Of a stretch of DNA of 64,000 bases, positions 53,603-61,550 are shown piece by piece. A model generated the notes under the pieces. The model did not search any database and had not been told where the DNA came from. It saw only the letters and a program-made list of their open reading frames with translations. Every line of letters begins with the position of its first letter. The stretch's first letter is position 1. This stretch comes from an uncultured Candidatus Peribacteria bacterium. GTDB lineage: Bacteria; Patescibacteriota; Gracilibacteria; Peribacterales; Peribacteraceae. The stretch lies in contig CAZVOK010000004.1 in the NCBI GenBank assembly GCA_964628805.1, positions 20,163 through 84,162 on the forward strand, given 5' to 3'. The translations under genes were made by a program, and so were the position numbers.

Positions 53603-55933
53603 TTAAAATAATGATGGTTGGGCTGGGGGCTCTTTTTCTTTTTTTACTTTCTTTTCCGCAGGCTTCGTTGCTGCGGTTTTTACTTCTACATCTACTTTCT
53701 GCGTGAAGCTGTGCAGGTACTCGCAGGCTTTTTTGCCGTAGGCTTTGGTTTGGAGACGCTCGTCTAGAATGAATGCATCTCCTGTTTTGGACCGTACTCG
53801 TGAGTAGGTGCGGAGCACTCGGAATAATCGATGGAGAAGACGTGGGAATAAATACTCGTTGAATGGATCGCGGTAGTGAAGGCCGCGGCGACTGAGGACG
53901 GTGTGTGAGGGGTGATCGAAAGGCAGTGATCGCAAGTACAAATGATCGACGGTTCCTGCAGGCAGATCGATTCCTTCAAAGGTCCAGCAGGTGAGGAGCC
54001 AAATAGCTGAGCCTTGTGCTGCGTGAAATTCCGCTTGCATGCGGCCTTGGCCGCCACTCATGCCTTGGCAGATCATGGTGACGCCCTTAGCTTCCAATTC
54101 ATCCTGATACTTCACGTACAAGGACTCGATCATTCCCTTGCTCGGCATCAAGAGGACCGTTTTTCCCGGGGGAGGATCTGACAGAATACTTTCTACGGAA
54201 ATAGAAGGATCGCAGGATACGGGGATATCGTACGTCAGTTCCTCTTTTGCATCGTGTAGGGTAGGGCGAATGTTGGTGGAGATCACCTCGGGCATATTTT
54301 TTGCAGAGCCCACGGGGATCACAAGGCTCACGTGGAAGTGTCCGTAGAGGTACGCCTGGAGCAACATGGTGATGCGTTCAGGGACGGAAGAGAGCGACTG
54401 GCTTCCGTTTTGTCGCTGTTCTATCCATGCGATACGATTTGCTAAATTTTCCGGATCGATCATTTTTTCCATGCAGCTGAGGCGGTACTGCACTTGCTGG
54501 GAGAAGCCGTCTCGTTCTTTTACCTCTGCCAATAATCCGCGAATGCCTTTGGCTTCCGGAGTCTGCAAGTCGCCAGCCGTGAGGTAGCGAATATCCTGGA
54601 ACTGACGCGTTTTTTCGATCCACAACTGAAACGTATCCATGAGCCTAGTGAGCACATCATTCCCCTCCGCTGCGGCGCGCATGTCGTCTATGGAACACTC
54701 CCATCCGAATGCTTTGGTAGCGGTATCCTCCAGCATCGAGGCATCATCGATGATGATGTGCGCATCTTTATCCAGCTTTGCCCACCCCACGTGCTCGGGA
54801 TCGGCGATGATATCCAGGAGTTGCTTGTGATCGATGAGAATCACCGATGGCAGTTCCTGAAACTGTGCGGCGTAAGTGACAGACTTCCTGGTGCACGCCA
54901 CTTTGCCGTTCCACACAGGCTCCTCTCCTCCGTGCAGCGGCAGATCTTTTCTGCACGTCGGTTTGTACCACTGGATCTTCACTGCAAGTGTGGCTTCGTC
55001 GGCCGTCAGAACATCTTGCTTGATGAGCGCCTCAGCGGAAGCGGCATCTAAAAGCTGCTGCGCGTACGACACAATGCCCACGCGAGGATCTTCACGAGTG
55101 TCCTTAGTGAGTCGCTTGAAGGTAGCGTCCATGTTTTTCACGGCAATCCAGTGCGTGGTCTGTGGCTTTTCCAGTGCGGCACGGATGATGCGCTCCAAGT
55201 GAGTAGGGTCCAGTGGCTCTTCCATGAGGAACGTTCCGTTCTTCTCGTCCGGTGGAAGGGCGATGGCCCGGGGAATGTGCGTGATAGATGACTCTTCTTT
55301 TGTTCCGTGCGAGAGCCACTGCGGCATGTCGTTCTGTGCGACAGGCAACTGTTCAAAGAGTATGCGGTAGCCGGGGCTGCTTTTACTCATGATGTCTTTG
55401 ATGATCTGTGCTTCTTTTTCCGGCAGTGCGCAGAGCCTCTCCCAGCAAGCAGACAGAAGCTCGAGTGTGGCACGGACGTCACCCAGTGCACGGTGTTTGG
55501 GTTCGTGATTTAAATTCAGGACAGTACTTAAGTACCCCAGTGAGTAGCTTTCCAATTCCGGGAATACGAGTGACGCGAGCATGGAGGTATCGATCCACGG
55601 ATAATTCGTGACATCGATGTCGTGACCCTTCAGCATTCCTAAATCAAATCCAAGATTTTGTCCTACAAGCAGAGTGCCCTTGGGCAGCAGCGCCAGGATC
55701 TCCTCTTTCTTATCATCGAACTTCGGCGAGTTCTGGATATCTGCAGTGCGGATGTGTGTGAGCACTTCCACGTGCGGCGGAATTTCTTCGGCGAAAAATA
55801 ATTGTTCGTATTCTTTGGTAATCTCTCCGTTTTCTACACTCATAGACGCGAACTCAATCACCTTGTGCACACGCGGCACGAAGCCGGTGGTCTCGGTATC
55901 GAGGACGACGAGTTTGAGTGGGGGAAGCTTCAT
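53603..55933 (-). CDS. DnaQ-type 3'-5' exonuclease fused to a DinG/XPD-like helicase scaffold with degenerate ATPase motifs
   Basis: The N-terminal VVLDTETTG...GQNLGFDLGML...HRALGDV region is DEDDh-like. The C-terminal TFEGIDLPAGTVDHLYLRSLPF is Helicase_C_2-like. No GxGKT is seen, and DEAH is replaced by DDAS. Confidence 0.7.
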   Translation of the reverse strand: MKLPPLKLVVLDTETTGFVPRVHKVIEFASMSVENGEITKEYEQLFFAEEIPPHVEVLTHIRTADIQNSPKFDDKKEEILALLPKGTLLVGQNLGFDLGMLKGHDIDVTNYPWIDTSMLASLVFPELESYSLGYLSTVLNLNHEPKHRALGDVRATLELLSACWERLCALPEKEAQIIKDIMSKSSPGYRILFEQLPVAQNDMPQWLSHGTKEESSITHIPRAIALPPDEKNGTFLMEEPLDPTHLERIIRAALEKPQTTHWIAVKNMDATFKRLTKDTREDPRVGIVSYAQQLLDAASAEALIKQDVLTADEATLAVKIQWYKPTCRKDLPLHGGEEPVWNGKVACTRKSVTYAAQFQELPSVILIDHKQLLDIIADPEHVGWAKLDKDAHIIIDDASMLEDTATKAFGWECSIDDMRAAAEGNDVLTRLMDTFQLWIEKTRQFQDIRYLTAGDLQTPEAKGIRGLLAEVKERDGFSQQVQYRLSCMEKMIDPENLANRIAWIEQRQNGSQSLSSVPERITMLLQAYLYGHFHVSLVIPVGSAKNMPEVISTNIRPTLHDAKEELTYDIPVSCDPSISVESILSDPPPGKTVLLMPSKGMIESLYVKYQDELEAKGVTMICQGMSGGQGRMQAEFHAAQGSAIWLLTCWTFEGIDLPAGTVDHLYLRSLPFDHPSHTVLSRRGLHYRDPFNEYLFPRLLHRLFRVLRTYSRVRSKTGDAFILDERLQTKAYGKKACEYLHSFTQKVDVEVKTAATKPAEKKVKKEKEPPAQPSLF

Positions 55934-55942
55934 CGGGGTGCG

Positions 55943-55980
55943 GGAATACTAGAGTACTGGAGTACTGGAATACTAGGAAT
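55943..55980. repeat. single-arm copy of the GGAATACT/GAGTACT word array
   Basis: GGAATACTAGAGTACTGGA is identical to 39524-39542. Confidence 0.7.
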
Positions 55981-55998
55981 TTGCACAAGTTTGTCACG

Positions 55999-56186
55999 CT
56001 GAGGTGCGTCCTGAAATCTTTATTACAGAGCTTTTAGACTAAGGAAATAAGGCACCAAGAAAGCCTCGAAGCGCGACACTTTGCGGTAACTTCCAGAGGG
56101 ACCGCATGTCGTCCTTCGAGGCTTTCATTTCAGTCATTGTTCATACTTCAGAGTCAGTAGCATGATTCCCTTGGGACGCACCTCAG
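55999..56186. ncRNA. candidate structured RNA (nested long-range helices), strand and function unknown
   Basis: The outer helix pairs 55999-56011 with 56174-56186 (13 bp perfect). The inner hairpin spans 56060-56125 (12 bp perfect plus extensions and a TGCGGT/ACCGCA apical stem). Confidence 0.35.
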
Positions 56187-56196
56187 GATGACATGC

Positions 56197-57435
56197 TTAC
56201 GCTGCCGCTGTCTCATCCGGCTTCGTTTCGTCAGCTACTTCCACTTCGGAGGTCACAGCTTCTACATTACTCACATCCATGGGAGCCGGAGGAGTTCCTT
56301 CCGGGAGTTCCTGGCCATCTGCTGGTACTTCGCCACCGCGCAGTGCTGCGAGCTTGGCTTTGAAGGCCGGGAGCTCTTCGTAGTTGTACATGTCCAATTC
56401 AAAGTTCGTGAGCTCTGTGGCCAAGCGAATGTTCTGTCCTTTCTTTCCGATGGCCATGGGGCGCTGAGCTTCTTCTACAAACACTGCGGCACGCTTCTTG
56501 ATCTTGCGACCTTGGTCATCCAAGTGCTCGCTGTCGTTCACGATGATGACGGCAGAAATTGCAGCTGGCTGGAGTGCCAGAGAGATTAACTTAATTGGAT
56601 CATCAGACCATTCGATCATGTCTACTCGTTCGCCGTTGATCTCTTCCATCACGGCCTGAATGCGTACTCCTTTTTGTCCCACACAGGCGCCGATAGGATC
56701 GATGCGAGGATCGTTGCTCTTTACCGCCACCTTGCTGCGGAAGCCTGCATCGCGGGCGATGCCTTTGATCTCTACGTCTCCATTGCGCACTTCAGGGATT
56801 TCCAATTCCAAAAGTTTCTTCACGAGGTTTGCGTGCGTGCGAGAAATGCGCAGCTGCGGACCCTTGCCCGTGAGCTCTACTTTGTCCAAGTACACGCGCA
56901 GGCGCTTACCGGTGTAGTAGTGCTCGCCGGGGATCTGCTCTCTCCAGGGAAGTGACACTGTCATTCCTTCAATCTCCAGCGTGACCCAGTTTGGATCCGC
57001 CTTCGTAACCGTAGCTGTGAGGAGTTCTGCCTCACGGTCCTTGAACATTTCATAAAGACTCTGCTTCTCCGCCTCCTGCAGCTTCTGCAGGATCACCTGC
57101 TTGGCAGCCTGGGTGGCGATGCGGCCGTACTCCATGGGAGTCACATCGATGCTGATTTCATCGCCTATTTCGGCATCGGGCTTAACCTTAAGTGCTTCTT
57201 TTAGGCTGATTTCGAAGTTCTCGTTCTCTACCTCTTCCACAACTTCTTTCACCAGGAGGATTGTGGGCATGTCCTTACCCTCTTCAAAATCCACGCGGAT
57301 TTCCTGCTCTTTGTTTCCGAAGTCTTTGCGGTACGCAGTACCGATAGCCTGTTTCACGGCTTCGATCACCTGGTCCGGAGAGACGTTTTTCTCGGAACAG
57401 ATTTGGTTGATGGCGGCTAGAAAGCTTGCGCGCAT
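56197..57435 (-). CDS. nusA: transcription termination/antitermination factor NusA
   Basis: N-terminal domain, S1 and two KH regions (ACVGQKGVRIQ, AIGKKGQNIRLA), plus an acidic C-terminal tail. Confidence 0.92.
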   Translation of the reverse strand: MRASFLAAINQICSEKNVSPDQVIEAVKQAIGTAYRKDFGNKEQEIRVDFEEGKDMPTILLVKEVVEEVENENFEISLKEALKVKPDAEIGDEISIDVTPMEYGRIATQAAKQVILQKLQEAEKQSLYEMFKDREAELLTATVTKADPNWVTLEIEGMTVSLPWREQIPGEHYYTGKRLRVYLDKVELTGKGPQLRISRTHANLVKKLLELEIPEVRNGDVEIKGIARDAGFRSKVAVKSNDPRIDPIGACVGQKGVRIQAVMEEINGERVDMIEWSDDPIKLISLALQPAAISAVIIVNDSEHLDDQGRKIKKRAAVFVEEAQRPMAIGKKGQNIRLATELTNFELDMYNYEELPAFKAKLAALRGGEVPADGQELPEGTPPAPMDVSNVEAVTSEVEVADETKPDETAAA

Positions 57436-57607
57436 GATGATGAGGGGTTAGGGATTGGGGATTCGGGATTGGGATTTTTCTCCTTAGCCCGAAGCGACCA
57501 TCTCGCAGTGTAGCGACATAGTCAGATTCAAATAAATCAAATTGTAGGGTTATTATATACTTTTCTTTGCTAAGTGCAATGGCTTCGGCAAGAATAAGGC
57601 ACACTTT

Positions 57608-57868
57608 ATGGATTCAAGGCACACAATAGCGGCTTTGTATGGCTTGCCTGCCAATACTTCATTTGAAAAGGCAGACGATATGGTCCGGCTTCTTCAAAAG
57701 AAATTAAAATATGCGATTGAAACAGTGCGTATACAAATTGTAGAATTGGACATTTCCTATGTAATTATTACGTTGGAGGTAGACCAAGGAGTGAAGCACA
57801 TAGATGCAGTAGGCAACCATCTAATAGAAATGCTAGAAAAGGCCGCATGTGAAGTAAAAGTGCATTAA
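57608..57868 (+). CDS. hypothetical protein (low-GC island ORFan 1)
   Basis: 86-aa ORF in a visibly AT-rich segment, with no recognisable motif. Confidence 0.4.
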   Translation: MDSRHTIAALYGLPANTSFEKADDMVRLLQKKLKYAIETVRIQIVELDISYVIITLEVDQGVKHIDAVGNHLIEMLEKAACEVKVH

Positions 57869-57911
57869 ATGGTAATTTGACTCATTAATATTATTAGTTT
57901 ATATTATTTAT

Positions 57912-58256
57912 ATGCCATCTCTTCATTTAGAAGATGCCGTCGATTTGCTAGCCAATATTCTTCCTGCGCGAGCGTTGGAGGATGTCATTAGTGATGATGG
58001 TTTGGAGCGCGATTATGTTTTTCGTGAGGCAGGCATTACTCATGAATCGATTGTTCAATTGCTGCAAAGTGAAGGTGTGCATGAGCGCACTGTTATTCGT
58101 CGAGCTGTTTCTGAAAAAGTAGACGCAGAAAATTCTGCTGTAGGTATTCCTGCTTACGAACAAGTAAATCAAGGTTTTATGGGAAAAGGAAATCCTCTCT
58201 ATGAATCAGTAAGACAGGTGGTTCAAAAAAAGCTTGGCGAATTGTTCTATTCCTAA
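57912..58256 (+). CDS. hypothetical protein (low-GC island ORFan 2)
   Basis: 114-aa acidic ORF with no recognisable motif. Confidence 0.4.
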   Translation: MPSLHLEDAVDLLANILPARALEDVISDDGLERDYVFREAGITHESIVQLLQSEGVHERTVIRRAVSEKVDAENSAVGIPAYEQVNQGFMGKGNPLYESVRQVVQKKLGELFYS

Positions 58257-58927
58257 GATCGCGCTAGACGCTTACGATACAAGCTCAAAGCAGATTTTGG
58301 CTTCGGCTTTGTATCTTTTTTTGCAGTGTCATTGCCTATTGGATGACCAATTTTTGCTTTGATAATTTTGGCAATGATTGTCGCCGTTGCATCACGACGT
58401 TTTGCTTCCAGGACTTGATCCTCTGCTTTTGATGCATGTTCCATATCTGGTATATCAAAACCTAAATCAAGTTTGTACTCTTCATGGGCTCTGGCTCCGG
58501 TATCGGTAATGATGATATCTGCTTTGTAGCCGTCTTCTTTTGATTTATTCAGCGTAAAATCTATGGTGACATTCACTGCTTCTTTTGTTTCTGGATCTGT
58601 GTACTGAATTACTGCATCAATCCCATGCCATTTATCTGCTGCTGTTCCCAGTGCTGGAAATACTTTTAGAGCGCTCCAATCCTGAAGATGTAGTTTTTGG
58701 CATATTTGATAGTGCACGTCTCTCATCCATTCCGATGGAGGATCAAATGTTTCTTTTGTTTTATATCCGAGGGGATTTATCAGTACTTGTTCCATTGCCT
58801 GTCTGTAAGGAGTGTAGTCGATAGAAAGATGTCTCAACTCTTTTAAGCGTGGATCCCCCTGTGGAAATAGACGACCTTCTTCAAAGGTGCGGCCAGTTTC
58901 TCCGTTTGCTGAGTGCTTGTGTGACAT
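58253..58927 (-). CDS. hypothetical protein (low-GC island ORFan 3)
   Basis: 224-aa ORF with a basic C-terminal tail. It converges on ORFan 2 with a 4-nt overlap. Confidence 0.5.
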   Translation of the reverse strand: MSHKHSANGETGRTFEEGRLFPQGDPRLKELRHLSIDYTPYRQAMEQVLINPLGYKTKETFDPPSEWMRDVHYQICQKLHLQDWSALKVFPALGTAADKWHGIDAVIQYTDPETKEAVNVTIDFTLNKSKEDGYKADIIITDTGARAHEEYKLDLGFDIPDMEHASKAEDQVLEAKRRDATATIIAKIIKAKIGHPIGNDTAKKDTKPKPKSALSLYRKRLARS

Positions 58928-58988
58928 AATTTATTATTATACCATAAATTTATATTATGTTAAATACCATTTAACTGTATTTAAAAGC

Positions 58989-59879
58989 TTATTTGGCCTC
59001 TTTTTCTAACCCCTCCAAAAACGCCTTCGCATGTCGTCCTCGCATGGTGGGTAAAAAACTCACCGCCTTATAGGCATGCTTTTTGAAGCCCTTAGGGACG
59101 ATATCCAATTCCGGATTCAACTTTTCCATCTTCACCGCTGATTCCCCCAGCGTACGCATCCTTTTGAGGGACTCTTCCAGGATCATCAGGTGATGGTGAT
59201 AGGCTTTGGCATTCGGTTCATAAAATAATCGCACACCTGCATTTTTTAACCTGAGTCCCCACTCGATGTCTTCCCATCCGTACAAAGACACATCATCTAA
59301 GAATTGAATTTTCTGTGCGATGTGCGTAGGGAGACTGATGTGACTTGTGTAGGTAAACGAGTGTTGAATAGCCGCTGGTAAAAATCCGTGTGCGTGCTGC
59401 TTGATTTTTCCGTACCCAAATTGCCAGCCTGTTTTTTCCAGCCACTGCATAACGGGAGTAATTCTGAGAGTAGAATCCCAGGTGGTGAATCCAAGGACAC
59501 TTCGTGGTGGAAATCCTAGGTCCCAATTGGACTCGGTGAATTCTTTGTACTTCGGATTCCTGTGTGCCCGCACATGCTGCTCGCATGCTTCGGGGTGGAG
59601 AAAAATATCATCACCGATGAAAAGAGCGAGTGGAGCCTTCGCCATCGACACTCCTTTATTGCGCGCCGCTCCCTGATGACTTTTGGGAATCTCTATAAAC
59701 TTAACCGGCACCTGCCACGTGTGATGATTCATAAACTCTGCAGTTTTCTCATCGTGGCCGTCGCTGACTACAATCACTTCCAGTTCATCTTTGATGGTCT
59801 GTGCTTCCACATGTTCCAGAGTACGACGCAAAATATCTGCGCGTTTGTGAGTGGGTATGATGATAGAAAGAGTAGGCAT
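58989..59879 (-). CDS. family 2 glycosyltransferase
   Basis: MPTLSIIIPTHKRADIL...VIVVSDGHDE is the GT2 N-terminal signature, with a DxD-like FIGDDIF. Confidence 0.8.
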   Translation of the reverse strand: MPTLSIIIPTHKRADILRRTLEHVEAQTIKDELEVIVVSDGHDEKTAEFMNHHTWQVPVKFIEIPKSHQGAARNKGVSMAKAPLALFIGDDIFLHPEACEQHVRAHRNPKYKEFTESNWDLGFPPRSVLGFTTWDSTLRITPVMQWLEKTGWQFGYGKIKQHAHGFLPAAIQHSFTYTSHISLPTHIAQKIQFLDDVSLYGWEDIEWGLRLKNAGVRLFYEPNAKAYHHHLMILEESLKRMRTLGESAVKMEKLNPELDIVPKGFKKHAYKAVSFLPTMRGRHAKAFLEGLEKEAK

Positions 59880-60003
59880 CCGTGCGCACAGTAACGGTTC
59901 TTTTTCTGAATGCACAGAGATGAGAGAAGCGAAAAGTATTGACGTAACATGTTAAAGAGACTTCTCTGTGTGAACTGTTCTTTCCTCCCTCGGAGAAACG
60001 CTC

Positions 60004-60306
60004 GTGCGTGCGACTCGTACGGACCTAGTGGAGTTCATTAGCGGGTGCTTGATGATTCTGGCGCTCCTGGTGACAGGCGCTCTTCTGTGGTTCAGACCCC
60101 TTTGGGGTAAGCCGCCAGTTCGTACCTGGCCCGTGATTCGGTACACACTGCGGGACCGGCACATGAGGCTCGAGTTTTGGTCCATTTTCACTAAGAAAGA
60201 AGAGTCTGAGCCGCACACTTCCCTTGGTCTGGATTTCCTACTGGGAAAGGACTGGGGGCATCGGGTTCTGGACAGTCTTGTTCTTCTTCAGGCCCGAACC
60301 GGATAG
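60004..60306 (+). CDS. hypothetical small membrane protein
   Basis: The ORF has a GTG start and one TM. A GC-rich hairpin GGCCCCGCG-TAGTA-CGCGGGGGCC follows. Confidence 0.35.
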   Translation: MRATRTDLVEFISGCLMILALLVTGALLWFRPLWGKPPVRTWPVIRYTLRDRHMRLEFWSIFTKKEESEPHTSLGLDFLLGKDWGHRVLDSLVLLQARTG

Positions 60307-60429
60307 AGCAGCTTCCCGGGCCCCGCGTAGTACGCGGGGGCCTGGATCCTTGAAATGATTGAAGAACTGTACAGAAAAGCTTTAGCTACATGAGCTGTTG
60401 CTGTTCCGCTCCTTTAACCGGAGACATGC

Positions 60430-60693
60430 ATGACGCCGTATTCCATCCCTTGGATCACATTCCTGATGGTGTGGCTGGGAGAGAGTATGGATGTTTGGGA
60501 TCCGAAGTTCCTGAAAGAATGGAGAAAAGCCCGTCGCTACAAAAAGATTCATGTTCTTCGGAAGATGGATGAAATCGCCGCCATCAAGATGGGTCACCTC
60601 ATCAATATGATCATGGCCTTGGCAGTTTGTCTGATCATCCTGGCCATGATCCCCCTGACGGTCTTCCTCTTCTTCACCTGGCGGCCCTTCTAG
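60430..60693 (+). CDS. hypothetical small membrane protein
   Basis: 87 aa with two hydrophobic segments. The hairpin CCAGACCTGC...GCAGGTCTGG follows. Confidence 0.4.
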   Translation: MTPYSIPWITFLMVWLGESMDVWDPKFLKEWRKARRYKKIHVLRKMDEIAAIKMGHLINMIMALAVCLIILAMIPLTVFLFFTWRPF

Positions 60694-60771
60694 CAACAAC
60701 ACAACCAGACCTGCCCCACTCACGGAGCAGGTCTGGGACTTCGTGTGAATGTGCTCTACACTTCTCTTTCC

Positions 60772-61377
60772 ATGAAAACTCTCTTTCTAGATTTGGCTAG
60801 TCACGAAGGATGTGTGGCACTCGCAGATGGATCAAAAGTAATTCTGCACCCTGCGGATCATCGTTTAGGAGATCATGAATTACTTCCACTCATCGAAATT
60901 GTATTAAAAGAGGGGAAAACAGAATACAAAGATCTCGATCGGCTTGCGTGCACTACCGGTCCCGGAGGTTTCACGAGTTTGCGTGTTGCTGTGTCTGCGA
61001 TTAATACATTGAGCTTCTCATTAAAAATTCCGGTAGCAGGAATTCACTTGAGTGAGTGGCGGAAGGCGCAGTGCTCAGCAGAAGATGTGTGGTGGGTGCA
61101 CTCCACCAAAAAAGAGCAGCTGTTTGTGAAGGGATTTGGAAAATATGCTGCAGCCATTACTGATCCGACATTACTGACAGTACAAGAAGTGGAATCTTTT
61201 TTGGCGGCGGGAGATCCTTGGACCGGAGAACTGATTCCAGACCAACGAGCGATAATCGAACAATTGGGACTTACGGAAATAAAGCGATTGCCTCTGGAAC
61301 AGGTGCTGCCGGAATTTCTGGAGAAACAAACGTATGGCAATGAATCAATTGTGCCTTGGTACGGGCGAGGGTGGTGA
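60772..61377 (+). CDS. tsaB: tRNA threonylcarbamoyladenosine biosynthesis protein TsaB (YeaZ-like)
   Basis: MKTLFLDLAS... and ACTTGPGGFTSLRVAVSAINTL match the inactive Kae1/TsaD-paralog signature. Confidence 0.75.
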   Translation: MKTLFLDLASHEGCVALADGSKVILHPADHRLGDHELLPLIEIVLKEGKTEYKDLDRLACTTGPGGFTSLRVAVSAINTLSFSLKIPVAGIHLSEWRKAQCSAEDVWWVHSTKKEQLFVKGFGKYAAAITDPTLLTVQEVESFLAAGDPWTGELIPDQRAIIEQLGLTEIKRLPLEQVLPEFLEKQTYGNESIVPWYGRGW

Positions 61378-61381
61378 TGTT

Positions 61382-61494
61382 GAGGTAAGGAAGATGCGGA
61401 AAGTACGGAAGGCAAGGGATTTGTAGAGGATACGTTGGCTAAAAATGACGAAATTCCCTACCGTACCTTCCTTACCCGCCTTACATTCCTTACC
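61382..61494. repeat. word hairpin element (GGTAAGGAA/GTACGGAAGG words)
   Basis: 61382-61391 AGGTAAGGAA is perfectly complementary to 61485-61494. Internal words are partly complementary. Confidence 0.6.
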
Positions 61495-61550
61495 TTGTCC
61501 TGCTATTATTAGCACCTAGCATTCCTGAGTGACAACTCCCGCAACTCCCC

